NCBI RefSeq assembly: GCF_006345805.1
Contig: NC_043015.1
Location: 40,734,001 to 40,798,000, forward strand
From: Octopus sinensis
Lineage: Eukaryota
Direction: 5' to 3'
DNA length: 64,000 nucleotides
The position numbers were made by a program, and so were the translations under genes. Position 1 is the first letter of the stretch. Every line of letters begins with the position of its first letter. Positions 39,016 through 51,766 of this stretch are shown here, in pieces. The notes under the pieces were generated by a model. That model was not told where the DNA came from. It saw nothing but the letters and a program-made list of their open reading frames with translations, and did not search any database.

Positions 39016-39654
39016 CCCAGCGACAGGAACGCTGTCCGAAAATGAACCAGGTTTTTTTCTCCTTCTTCAGTCTTCTAGTGCTGGTGCCATAAACGCACTG
39101 ACTCCACACTTGAACACATGCACGAGAACCAGCTTGACCGGATTTCTTGACACAGGCTGTGTGGGCAAGATGATGCGGGACAGTGTCCAGCCCAGCATGG
39201 GAAAACGGTGAACAGGATCAAAGAGAGAGAGAGAGAGAGAGACGGAGAATACTTGTTGTGTGTTGTAGGAAGACATATGATAAAAAAAAAGAGTCGGTCC
39301 CAGGGAAGACTTGATGGGGGGAAAAGCACAATGATTAGAAATGAAAGCACTCAACTTCAAAGAAGAACTGATGTCGGTAGGAGCCAATTGAGAAGTTGGA
39401 CTTTGAAGTGGTGGTGTGGGTGGTTGGTGGTGGTTGGTGATGACAAGACTACAGTTACAGATAAAGGATATAAATATGCAAATGTAATGGACACACACAC
39501 ACGCACGCGTGAAAATATCTATCTATAGATATATGTATATACACACAGATACACACACACACACTCATAAATATGTTTAGTTAGTCATATATATAGCAGT
39601 GGAATATAAATACACACACAAAATATGTATATAATATATTATGTACATATATAT

Positions 39655-39707
<53 letters not shown>

Positions 39708-40510
39708 TATCTTATGTATGTATATATGTGCATATTATTTATATATATGTATATATATACACACATATATGTATATATATGATTATAGATAGATAGATAG
39801 ATAGATAGATAAACAGACAGACAGACATATATTCAGATAATGATGACCAATATAAATTTGGGATATAAATACACATAGATATATATCTTTGCTCACTTAT
39901 GCATACATACACACACATAAAAATATGTACACACACACACACAGACAAACACATATATATATTCATATTTATACAAGTATACAAACCGACTGTAAATGAA
40001 ATGAGCACAACTCATCATTCTGCACACACACACACACACACGTACATATATGACTGTGTGTGGTGTGTGTATATATATATGCACGCACACACACACACAC
40101 CAGATTGTTGTTAAGCATCTCAAGTCAGAGCTAGTAACACAATGTGTGGGTGGACCACAAATCAATCCCAAGTAACCTTGAGATGGTATGTTGATGGCGG
40201 TGGTGGTGTTTGTTGTTGGTGGCGATGGTGGTGGAGTGCTGGAAGTGGTGGTGTGTGGGTGGTGGTGGTGTGCTGATGATGGTAATGTGGTGTAGGTGGT
40301 AGTAATGGTGGTGGTGGTGGTGTGAGAGATAGAAAGAAGCAAAAGATGACAGAGGCAAGGAATCTATGAATGGTTTTAAGCCGAAGACTATCATTGCCAT
40401 TGTGTGTGTGTGTGTGTGTGAATGTGAGGGAGAGAGAGAGAGAGGGAAAGAGAGAGAGAGATTGTGTGTGTGAATGTGAATGAGAGAGAGAAAGAGAGAG
40501 TATGTGCATG

Positions 40511-40553
<43 letters not shown>

Positions 40554-40607
40554 TAATTTTTATCTGTATGCACATTCTGTGTGTGTATATATATATATAT
40601 ATGTATG

Positions 40608-40638
<31 letters not shown>

Positions 40639-40947
40639 TTATGAGTGTATATATACATGTTTATATACGTCTGCTCGCATGTGTGCGAGTGCACGTGGGA
40701 GAAAGAGGCAGGGGAGAGGTAGAGGGCGACGGAAGGGGTATTCCTATGTAAATGTATGTGTAGGAGAAATGTGTGTGTGAGTGTGTACATGAGTGTGTTG
40801 GTGTGCTTGTATGAAGGTGAGTGTGTGTATGTATGATCTTTAGCAAATCACTGAACAATCTCCATCCACCAAAACACATCAACAAGGGAGATACAGGAGA
40901 CTAGAAAAACAGTCTATACACATCAACCACATCCATATATATATATA

Positions 40948-41440
40948 TCATCATCATTGTTTAACGTCCGTTTTCCATGCTGGCATGGGTTGGACGAATG
41001 ACTGGGGTCTGGCGAACCAGATGGCTGCACCAAGCTTCAATCTTGATTTGGCAGAGTTTCTACAGCTGGATGCCCTTCCTAACGCCAACCACTACGAGAG
41101 TGTAGTGGGTGCTTTTTACGTGCCACCAGACAGTACTGACAACGACCTCGCTTGAATCTTTTACACATGCCACCGGCACAGGTGCCAGTAAGGTGACGCT
41201 GGTAACAGTCACGCTCGAATGGTGTCTTTTACGTGCCACCGGCACGGAGGCCAGATAGCCGCTCTGGCAACGATCACGCTCGGATGGTGCTCTTAATACC
41301 CTACTAGCACGGGGCTCGAGTGCCAGTAAGACGACGCTGGTAACGATCACGCTCGAATGGTGCCTCTTAAGTGCCACTGGCACTGAAGCCGGTTAGCCGC
41401 TCTGTCAATGATCACACTCGTATGGTGCTCTTTGCACCCT
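40948..41440 (-). mobile_element. SINE/LINE-tail element family D with internal ~55-65-bp tandem units
   Basis: (CAT)n tail, GCTGGATGCCCTTCCTAACGCCAACC, repeated GGTAACGATCACGCTCGAATGGTG. Confidence 0.8.
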
Positions 41441-41929
41441 GCGGAAATGGATGCATGGCTTTCGATCATATAATAATATAAATAATATATATATATATAA
41501 GTGAAAGAAACCCGTCATATATATTATATGATAGGCTTCTTTCAGTTGTGTGTGTGTGTGTGTGTTTGTCCTCTCCACCTCACCACTTGACAACAGACAT
41601 TCATGTGTTTACATCCTTGTAACTTAGCAGTTCGGCAAGACAGACCGATAGAATAAGTACTAGGCTTACAAAAGAAAAGTCATGGGGTCTATTTGTTTGC
41701 CTTAAAACGCTTCAAGGCAGTGCTTCAGCATGGCCACAGTCAAATGCCTGAAACAAGTAAAAGTATATATATATATATATATATATATATCCAAATTAAC
41801 ATGGATGCTTTGCTAGAACACTGAATGTGGAGTTGTTAGCCTTGAGAGATATTCTCACAGAGACTTTTGGTGCATAAAAACATCCTCATAGATGCTAGCA
41901 GATGAGACTCGTCTGCCATGGGGCCGGTA

Positions 41930-41975
41930 TTCCCATATCACGTGATTTCATCCAACAGGAAGTCATCAGTGGAAA
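41930..41975 (-). ncRNA. Minimal type-I hammerhead ribozyme motif
   Basis: Stem I tttcca/tgggaa; CTGATGA; stem II tcc-tgtt-gga; GAAAT-CACGTG-ATA (palindromic loop). Confidence 0.65.
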
Positions 41976-42199
41976 GCATCCAGTCACCGCATGCCCGTCA
42001 AATCTCACTGCTACGATATATAAGATAAGAGCATCTTTTCAGACGTGGATGCTGCCAACAGCCAGCAGACTTATCAAAAATTAATTATTAGCAATAGAAG
42101 CAGTATGAATATGTAAAGATAATATTTATATCCCAACTTAAAGCATGGACGATAAGCATGTTAGAACATCCAATACAGCATTATTAACCTTTATATTGG

Positions 42200-42630
42200 C
42201 ATCCGTTGCTAGTGGAGTGCTGAGAGTACCATACGAGTGAGATCGTTGCCAGAGCAACAAACTGACCCTTGTGCCGATGGCACGTTAATCACACCATTCG
42301 AGTGTGATCGTTACCGCGTCGCCTTATTAGCACTTGTGCTGGTGCCATGTGAAACATTCGAGCGAGGACGTCGCCAGTGCCGCTGGACTGGCTCCTGTGC
42401 AGGTGGCACGTAAAAAGCAGTATTTGGACGTGGCCGTTGCCAGTACCACCAGACTGGCCCTCGTGCCGGTGACACATAAAAGCACCCACTACACTCTCGG
42501 GGTGGTTGGCGTTAGGAGGGCATCCAGCTGTAGAAACTCTGCCAGATCAGATTGGAGTCTGGTTCGCCAGACCTCAGTCAAATCGTCCAACCCATGCTAG
42601 CATGGAAAGCAGATGTTAAATGATGATGAT
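42200..42630 (+). mobile_element. Family D element with internal tandem units
   Basis: Reverse-complement homolog of 40948-41440. Confidence 0.8.
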
Positions 42631-42781
42631 ATTGACGCTTGGTGCATAGAAATACACACATAGTTGTAGCAGACAAAAATCCTCTGCCATGGATGCTGGA
42701 ATTCACCACTGTCCAAAAAGATGCAGATACTCTATATCTATCATAGCGGCAAGATGTGACTGGCTTGCAGTGATCGGATGC

Positions 42782-42827
42782 CTTCCACTGATAATTTCTA
42801 GTAGAATGAAATCATGGGATACGGGAT
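42782..42827 (+). ncRNA. Degenerate hammerhead motif (CUGAUAA)
   Basis: cttcca-CTGATAA-tttctagtagaat-GAAAT-CATGGG-ATA-cggga; inverted sister of 41930-41975. Confidence 0.4.
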
Positions 42828-43076
42828 TCAGTGGCCATGGCAGACAACTCTTGCCTACTACATTCCATGTGTATGTTTTTATGTATCAGGCCCCTATATG
42901 AGAGGATTTCTCAAGGCTAACAACACAGTACTGGTGTTCTAGAAATACTTCATTTTAAGTTGGATATAAAGATTATCTTTCGGTATCAATATTTCTGCCA
43001 CTAATAATTAGTGTAGGTGTATGAGAGCATATAATGTATACAAACACAAGTATGTATGTGTGCATATATATATATA

Positions 43077-43572
43077 TTTCTTTACTACCCACAAGGGGAC
43101 AAACAAGGACAAGCAAACGGATTAAGTTGATTACATCGACCCCAGTGCGTAACTGGTACTTAATTTATCAACCCTGAAAGGATGAAAGGCAAAGTTGACC
43201 TCGGCAGAATTTGAACTCAGAACGTAACAATAGACAAAATACGGCTACACATTTCGCCCAGCGTGCTAATGTTTCTGCCAGCTCGCCTATATATATATAA
43301 TATATATATATATGCACACACACAAACACATATACACATATATATGTGTGTATATGTATTTGTGTGTGTGCATATAATAGGCGAGCTGGCAGAAACGTAG
43401 CATGCTGGACGGAATTTGTCTCTCTTTGCGTTCTGAGTTCAAATTCCGCCGAGGTCGACATTGCCTTTCATCCTTTCGGGGTTGATAAATTAAGTACCAG
43501 TTACGCACTGGGGTCGATTAATTGACTTATTCCATTTGTCCTTGTTTGTCCCCTTGTGGTAGTAAAGAAATA
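43077..43572. mobile_element. Head-to-head inverted pair of SINE C (43077-43288 -, 43380-43572 +)
   Basis: Both start GGCGAGCTGGCAGAAAC and end GGTAGTAAAGAAAT; ~90-bp microsatellite spacer. Confidence 0.9.
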
Positions 43573-44324
43573 TATATATATATCACACATATATATGTGT
43601 ATATATATGTCCTATGAGCTACAAGATCATCTCACTGGTGCTGGTACCAACAAAAAGGCACCTGGTACACTCTGTAGATTGGCTGGCATCAGACAGGACA
43701 TCTGGTCATAGAAATCATAACGAAACTGAGACACCAGAACAGAATGTGCTCCTCTGATTCCTTGGATCCTGTCAAAACTTCCAACCCATGACAGCCAGGA
43801 AAGTGGATGTGAAATAATGATGATACACATACGTATACACACACACACACACACACATATATACACACAGTGGATGACTAATAGTCATTGCTAATCAATA
43901 AGGAAGTCTATTTTGCACAGCCTGACAAGAGATACAGTTCTTGGAAAACAATGTTATCTCGCGAAAGACTCGCCATGAGGTAAGACTATACATATCTTCA
44001 ATGTATCAGACACCAGATGTCATCTCTTTCTGGTTATTCCTTCGGTGTATTGACTCAATGTCGGGGCACCAAATAATTCATGATTTCTAAGAACAATTGT
44101 GGAGCACTTTTGCTGAGGAATACTTCGCCAAGATTAATTATAAAGTATCCTGTTACATATGCATACAGTTGAATGAATGTATGTTTATATGCATACACAT
44201 ATGGATATATACATACACATATGCTGAATGAAACCGTGCTTGTGTGGTGGATTTGAAAAATTATAATATATAATAATGAGACGTGTTATTCTGTCTCTAA
44301 ATTATAAGTTAATGTTTGGTGTAC

Positions 44325-44391
44325 CCACTGATGAGAACTTCACCTAGCAAATTATTTTATTTGCTAATTAAAGTTTGAAACCTAGATCTGG
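44325..44391 (+). ncRNA. Type-I hammerhead ribozyme motif with bipartite stem II
   Basis: cca-CTGATGA; gaactt/aagttt plus tagcaaat/atttgcta; GAAAC-CTAG-ATC-tgg. Confidence 0.65.
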
Positions 44392-45453
44392 CAGTAAAAA
44401 ACATGGTAAAAATTTTTATTTTTCATTCCCTTCAAAATTACTCTTAACTGCGGTTTTGGACGTTCTGACTGCTCCTTCTAGCATGTAAGGTGGCCTGTTA
44501 AGGGTCACCTCTTTTTGTGTTTAAATTTACACGTATGGATATATGGCTGGTGTGTTTACATATATACACACACATCGTCATTACCATTATCAGCAACATT
44601 TAACATCCATTTTCCATACTGGCAAGGGTGGGACTATATACATGTCAGTACGTGTTTGTGTATATATATCATCATCATCGTTATTGTTTAATGTCCTCTT
44701 TCCATGCTGGCATGGGTTGGATGGCTTGACACGGAGCTGGCTAGCAGGGAGCTGTCCGGACTCCAACAGGCCATTGTAGCATGGTTTCTACAGCTGGATG
44801 CCCTTCCTAACACCAACAACTTAACAGAGTGTGCTAGGTGTTTTTTACATGCCATACACACACACACACACTTACACAGGGATGTGTGTATATGTGTGGT
44901 TAAGAAGTTCACTTCCCGTCCATGTAAGTTCAGTTCAATCCCACTTTACAGCATGTTCAGCAAGTGTCTTTAGACATACACATTCAAAGAAAAGCATTCC
45001 TATTTATTGTTCCTTGAATTATCATATCTTGTATGTAATGGCTTACTCAGAAGAACAAGGGCAGCACTGAACAATTTCAGAACCTCCAAGACTTGGGGCA
45101 GGAAATGAGGAAGTTATCCTCCGACCAAGACCTTGGTATGAATGGGAGTGGCCTCTGTTAAAGGCATCCGAAAGGGGCCAGGAAGAGCCTTTAGATTCAA
45201 GCGATGGATTAAGTCCACCATCCAAGAAATGAGGCCTCTGATGGGCCTCCACACATTTTAAGTCAATTTAATTTCTTTTACAGCAGTTTGGCCAACTTGA
45301 GGCTATGGTAGAAGACATATACCCACGGTACCTGGTAGTGGGATTGAACCAGAAACCATGAGGCTACCTGAGAAACCCCAACTTCTCAGTTAAGACTGTA
45401 CTCTACACAGACAATGATGATAATGATACAGATAAACTTCAAAGTTGCCTTAA

Positions 45454-45678
45454 TCCTTTTAGCGTTCAAACCAGGCCCCCATATCTGGCCTAAGTATTCT
45501 ACAAGGTTTATGTCCAAACCAACCATATTCATCCTCTCACACATGCCCTACAATGTCCTTCTGAAAACAAGCAATCACATCACAAAAACCTCAAAGCTAC
45601 AAGGTAATTCAGGACCAATTCAAAACAATGTGAATAAACAATCAGAACATTTGACAGAGTAATCTAAGTGCTAAAGGA
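45454..45678. mobile_element. piggyBac-type MITE with TTAA target-site duplication
   Basis: TTAA|TCCTTTTAGC ... GCTAAAGGA|TTAA. Confidence 0.75.
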
Positions 45679-45835
45679 TTAAGGACACGAAGACAGGGGA
45701 AGTATGAGGCTTATCAGGGATTAAAGCTGATATGTTGAAGATATTTGGTGAAGTAAAACTGATGCTGAGGTATTTGACTCCAATGACTGGGGTAGCATCA
45801 ATACCATAATCCATAACAAGAGTAAAGGAGATGCT

Positions 45836-46100
45836 TTAACCCTTTTGATACCAAACCGGGTGAAACTGCCTCTGGCTCTGCAGTACAAATGTCATGTTTC
45901 AAAAGTTCTGAATTAAAATCTTCCACCAGACCTTAGTCTTTACAATCCAGATTAATCTGCCAAATGCAATGTTTGTTTATTTATTTACATTGTTTTGGAT
46001 TAATCATGCTTTATCTTGTAGCTTTGAGATTTTCATGTCATTGTTTATTCTTAAAATGACATTGAAGGGTAGGTGTGAGAGGCCAGACTTGGCCAGTTTA
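45836..46100. mobile_element. piggyBac-type MITE fragments
   Basis: TTAACCCTTTTGATACC start; 45945-46100 is an inverted diverged copy of 45500-45665. Confidence 0.55.
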
Positions 46101-46159
46101 AGAGAAGGAGCCATGGATGCCCTCAATATACAAGTTCTTAGAACAAGCCACTGTAACTA

Positions 46160-46500
46160 ATATATTGTGAACCAGAAAAAGGTTTTTGACAATCTGTAGT
46201 CTGGTGGTCGCTAAGAACTATTGGAGTAGATGATTGGTTTGCTATATAGAGGTGCTACTAACTGAATGAGAGTTAGCAATGGGTTCAGCATATAGGTAGG
46301 TGTTCATTAGGGCTGAGATCTTTGTTCATTTCCGTTTATTATGGCCCTTCAAGCCATCAAGACTGGCTACCTATTGGGAGTACTGTATTTTTGTGACCTG
46401 CTTCTCAAAGCCAATCAGCTGAAAAATTAGAAAAAAAATTTCCAAATGTGATAACTGGTCCAAAAATCAAGGGGCTCAAAATTCGACCCAACAGAGACAA
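46160..46500 (+). mobile_element. Decayed RTE-like LINE RT fragment
   Basis: Pieces EKxFD, VWWSLRTIGVDDW, VGVH*G, FIMALQAI, LY.CDL with stops and frameshifts. Confidence 0.6.
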
Positions 46501-46976
46501 AAGGTTTGGGCAAAAGGGGATGTTAAAGCCACACTACTCCTGTCTGGGAAATGGGTATGGTTCACATCATTCATTCATTTTAATATGGGTTAGACAAATA
46601 AATAATCACCAAAGAAGTCTTTTAGTTGGATGCCTTTCCTGTCACTAACCCATACCTGTTTTACAAGGGATTTTCTCTTCATTTCACTCATTTTCAAAAG
46701 CACAGAGCAAGACATGCAGAAAAGAAGAAGATAATAACTCTTGTGTGCCCAGTGTAATCAAGGAGTATAGTGGTGCATGAAGGGTTAAAGAGCTCACTTT
46801 AGCACCATTTGGGTTTGGGTTCAGTCCAAAGGCATGCTGGTCAAGTATCACCCACAGTAGCTCCAGGCTGACCAATGCCTTGTCAGAGAATTTGAAAGAT
46901 GGAAACTGTTAGGAAGCCTGACTTGTATGTGTCTGCTGTAAAGCAGACATTAAACAATGATGATGATGATGATGGC

Positions 46977-47270
46977 CCCAGTACTTGTTTTTTAAGTCTG
47001 GTACGTATTCTGTATCTTTTGTTGAACTGCAAAGTTGCGAGGATGTAAACAAACCAACACTAGTTGTCAAGTGGTAGGGGATACACACACATACATGTGT
47101 ATATGTATGTATGTATACAACAGCTTCTCTCCGTTTCTGTCTACCAAATCCACTCACAAGGCTACAGTGGAAAGCACTTGCCCAAGGTGTCACACAGTGG
47201 GACTGAACCCAAAGCCATACTGTTGAGAAGTAAACTTTCCAACCACACAGCCACACCTATACCTACATAA
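46977..47270 (-). mobile_element. SINE family A (diverged)
   Basis: Head and body match family A. Confidence 0.75.
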
Positions 47271-48552
47271 CATCATCCTTTTTACATCTGCTTTCAATGC
47301 TGTCATGGGTTGGACAGATTGTCATGGTCTGAGTTTCATCATGAGTCACTACCCTAATAAACTGGTGCTCAAACATTTCATTCTGCCCTGATTTCTATGG
47401 CTAGACACCCTTCCTAACACCAACCCTTCTACAGAGAGTACTGGCTGCACCTTCTTGTGACACCAGCTCTAGAGATGTTGTTAAACCCTTGGCAAGACAG
47501 GACCAAATGATCCTTCCAACCTTGTATTTTCTTTGCTTATTTGTCAAACGCCCTACATAGTGGGCAGTGGACAGATTTCATAATGGCACTGGCCACAAGA
47601 GGAGTACACCAAAGTGTAAAATGTACTCCACCCTCAAAGACATGTACTCTCGTTTAATGTAATGCCCATGAAACTGCAGTATGACCCTGTATCAAGGTTG
47701 GACCTTTTAGTCACAGGTACAAATCCATCCAATGGGCTTCTACACAATTTCCATCCACCCAGTCTCACTCACAAGGCTTGAGAGAGAGATTCTTTAATCC
47801 TGGATTGTTGAAGAATGACATTTAGTGGGATGGAACCATCGGAAGCTTCGGTATCTCAAACAGCTAAGTATCTTGACTGTTTTTGTTTTTTTGTTTTTTA
47901 CCATGTTGCTAAAATGCTGTGAACCAGCCAATTTGTTTCAAGACTTTGCTCAGGGATTGTGATGCCACTACCAAATATTTTGAGCATGCAAGAGATTTAT
48001 CCTGGCATGGAAAAAAAATGGGTACACACGGGACCTCTAAAAGGCAGCCCTCAATGACACTGAAAACAAGCCGAAGGTTGTAAATGATCGAGAGCTTCAA
48101 AAGTATGGCCGGTCATTAACCCCACCACACTAAAGTCAATAACGATTTGACAACAGATGTTCTAAAAGACAGACTGACAAAACACAATGTTGACATATTC
48201 AGATTATATGACTTTGAACCAAAACTTACAGCAGACAAGACAACAATCTTGTCTTTTATTTTTGGTAAGGTTTGCCAACAAGAAACCAAGACTTGCTTCC
48301 TGGTGGAACTGGAAAAGCATTCCTGATCACTCTACTGCTTGCCAAAATCAGACAAAATAATGCCAAAGCTATTGAAGTTACATGATGGGCTTCTATTAAT
48401 TTCTGCCAACCAAATCCAGCTCAAGGTGACATGCGGTGGGATTGAAACCAGCCCGTAACCAAGTGGGTGAGAAGTAAACTTTTTAACGATGCCGCCATAC
48501 CTACACCTATAAATGCATGTATATGTGCATATATATAGATATATATATACAT

Positions 48553-48919
48553 AGGCGCAGGAGTGGCTGTGTGGAAAGTAGCTTGCTAACAGCCACATGG
48601 TTCCGGGTTCAATCTTGGGCAAGTGTCTTCTGCTATAGCCCCGGGCTGACCAAAGCTTTGTGAGTGGATTTGGTAGACAGAAACTGAAAGAAGCCCGCCG
48701 TATGTATGTATATATATATATATATATTTGTGTGTGTCTGTTTTTGTCCTCCCCTACCATCGCTTCACAACCGATGCTGGTGTGTTTACGTCCCCATAAC
48801 TTAGCAGTTTGGCAAAAGAAACTGATAGAATAAGCACTAGGCCTGGGACCAATTTGGTCGACTAGAGGCGGTGCTCCAGCATGTCCACAGTCAAAAGACT
48901 GAAACAAGTAAAAGAATAA
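48553..48919 (+). mobile_element. SINE family A
   Basis: Full head and tail with small deletions. Confidence 0.9.
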
Positions 48920-49679
48920 AGGAATATATATATGTATATATAATGTATATATAATCAAAATAAGCAACATTTTGAATTATATGGATAAGTACCATATTCA
49001 ACTGAATCCAAATTTTTATATGTATGTATATATATATATATATATATAAAACAACCAATAATATGCATGAAGAAAACCATATATATCTATATGTGTATAT
49101 ATGAATATATATGTGTGTTTGGGTATATGGATATATATATATGCGTGTGTGTGTGTATGAATATATATATGAATGTGTTAATTGCAATTGAAACAATTGT
49201 TGGATTTCTAAGGTGTCATCTAAAATAAAGATAAGATTTTCTTCATACATATTACTGATTGAACAAAAGGATTGTTGGATTTACCAGTCATTACCTGAGG
49301 ATTTATCTGGGATTCTTATTCTACACACACTTACTGCCATCAACTTGTTGGAAATTTAACCTTATTCTTTTATATTGAGTGCTTACCTGATAACTGACAG
49401 GATTTTTTGTTCCCATTTTTTTCTTATATATATATTTGTATATATATATATATATATATATCTATATATTGGTTAAGTGGTTTCTGAGACAAATTTTCTG
49501 TGGCTACATGCCCTTCTTGATGCCGACCCTCACTTTTTTGGCCCCATGGTATAATGCTGTTTCCACAGGAAATTGCAAACAAAGAAGCATATGTGCATGA
49601 TGGTGATGATTCACAGTTCCGAAACATCATGTGAGGACAAGACAAGGATATACAAACACACACAGACAGACAGACATAT

Positions 49680-49711
<32 letters not shown>

Positions 49712-50449
49712 CACATATATGTCAGGCTTCTTCCTGTTTCCCTCAGCCAAATGAACTCACAAGTCTTTGGTCAAATCAAGGATGTAGTAGACGACACTTG
49801 TGCAAGGTCCCACACAGTGGGACTGAACCCGGAACCATGTAAAGTGGATATTAAATCATTGTTAATGAACTGCATACATATGTGTGTGTATGTATGTATG
49901 TATGTATATATATATATATGATATGTATATATGTATGTATATATGTGTGTGTGTATATACATATATATAGATAGATAGATATAGATATAAAACAATGGTC
50001 TACAGTGGAGAAACTGGGAAAGTTAACAATCTAAATATACAATACAGGAAAGGAATTACTTGGAGTGAAAGATGGTATCCGATTAGGGAAAGGGATGTGT
50101 GGATTCATTGGACACAGCATGAGACGACTGTTGTTATCGTTAGGCCTAACTCATCATAAAGTAAATGCCATCATGACCGATATCCAAACTACAGTGGAAA
50201 AAGGATAGCCACTTGGATTGGGTTAAAATGAGACAAAGAGTGACGGCTAGAAAAATATTGAGCTACTTTTGACAACCAGTTGATCTAGCAAGCAGGGGTC
50301 TCGTGTCAGTTGGGGGAGGGGTAGTGCACAATGGTTTCCTCAAGAGGTAGGCCTCGAAACAGCCTGAATTCACTCCTTATGACCCCATGCACTTGCACTT
50401 GCTGGCTTCCGGTATGCAGAGATTTCAACTGGTAGCACTTGCATGTGCA

Positions 50450-51330
50450 AGTTGTTTGCAAAACATCAGGATGTGATCAGTAAATTGTTGCCATTTTATA
50501 TTTTTAATTTCATGCATGCACATTGCTTGGTTTTGATTTTGTTGACTACACAGTATAGTAGGGTCAGTTGGGCACCGTCTGTGAGAAAAATAACATCATG
50601 ACACAATTCACTTGTTCAGAAATTTGGAAACGACATGCTGTACGGCTTGGCATTCATGCTGGAGGCTCAAATACGAACGTTTCAGAAGGTTTGGGTGTCA
50701 ATCTGAGGACACATACCAAGAGTGATAAAAATCAGACATCCAGTCGACATCATGGTGTTTAGAATGATCACTAGTGATGGTGAGGTTATGCCTGCCACAC
50801 GGCCTCACACTCAACACGGAAGCCTACATTAGGTGCCCGGAAGAGATAGTGCTGCACTGGGTCAAGAGGGTGGCTGCTGGAAAACTCTGTGTCTGGCAAC
50901 AGGACTCTGCACCATGCCACACAAGCAGGAGAACCTAGTCGTGAATGTCAGACAATTTCTGGGACCACATCACCCCTAACATCTGGCCACTTAACTCCCC
51001 AGACTGCAACCGACTTGATTATTATGTGTGGGGCACAGTTGAGTGAGAGACCAACAAAACTCCTTATAACACCAAAGATGAACTGAAGGCAAGGATTATG
51101 GCAGCATTCACCAACTTAAACAAGGTGACCATCCAGAAGAGCTGCAGGATATTCTGAAGTCGTCTGGAGGCTGTGGTTGAAGCCAATGGCAACTTTATTG
51201 AATAAATTTACTCTTTAGTATTTCAAGATATTTTTCTGTAATTTTGGTAAATATATCTTTAAAATGAGACGTCAGTGTTATTTTCATTTTTGTATAATTT
51301 AGACAACAGTTTATTCACTGCACCCTAGTG
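50450..51330 (+). mobile_element. Internally deleted Tc1/mariner-superfamily DD37D (maT-type) transposon remnant
   Basis: VWQQDSAPCH...IWPLNSPDCNRLDYYVW with 37 codons between the 2nd and 3rd D; C-terminus SRLEAVVEANGNFIE*; in-frame stops. Confidence 0.9.
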
Positions 51331-51354
51331 ATCACTGTACACTATATATATATT

Positions 51355-51726
51355 CTCTTTTACTTGTTTCAGTCATTTGACTGTGGCCATGCTGGAGCAC
51401 AGCCTTTAGTCGAGCAAACCGACCCCAGGACTTATGCTTTGTAAGCCTAGTACTTATTCTATTGGGCTCTTTTGCCGAACCGCTAAGTTACGGGGACGTA
51501 AACACACCAGCATCGGTTGTCTAGCGATGTTGAGGGACAAATACAGACACATATATATACATATACACGACAGGCTTCTTTCAGTTTCCGTCTACCGAAT
51601 CCACTCACAAGGCTTTGGTCGGCCCGAGGCTATAGTAGAAGACATTTGCCCAAGGTGCCACACAGTGGGACTGAACCCGGCACCATGAGGTTGGTAAGCA
51701 AGCTACTTACCACACAGCCACTCCTG
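51355..51726 (-). mobile_element. SINE family A
   Basis: Full head and tail. Confidence 0.9.
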
Positions 51727-51729
51727 CTG

Positions 51730-51766
<37 letters not shown>

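Larger units (their letters stand above)
41905..42850. repeat. Old ~160-bp inverted repeat pair (41905-42070 / 42685-42850) with a family D element inserted between
   Basis: gtctgccatgg...gatttcat...atcagtggaa.gcatcc...gcatctttt aligns with the reverse complement of 42685-42850. Confidence 0.8.

Noticed and set aside
38891-39211. 106-aa plus-strand ORF
   Set aside because: No recognisable domain; the splice signal favours a minus-strand exon in this island
47880-48370. Unique-looking stretch, possibly a LINE remnant
   Set aside because: No motif could be assigned with confidence
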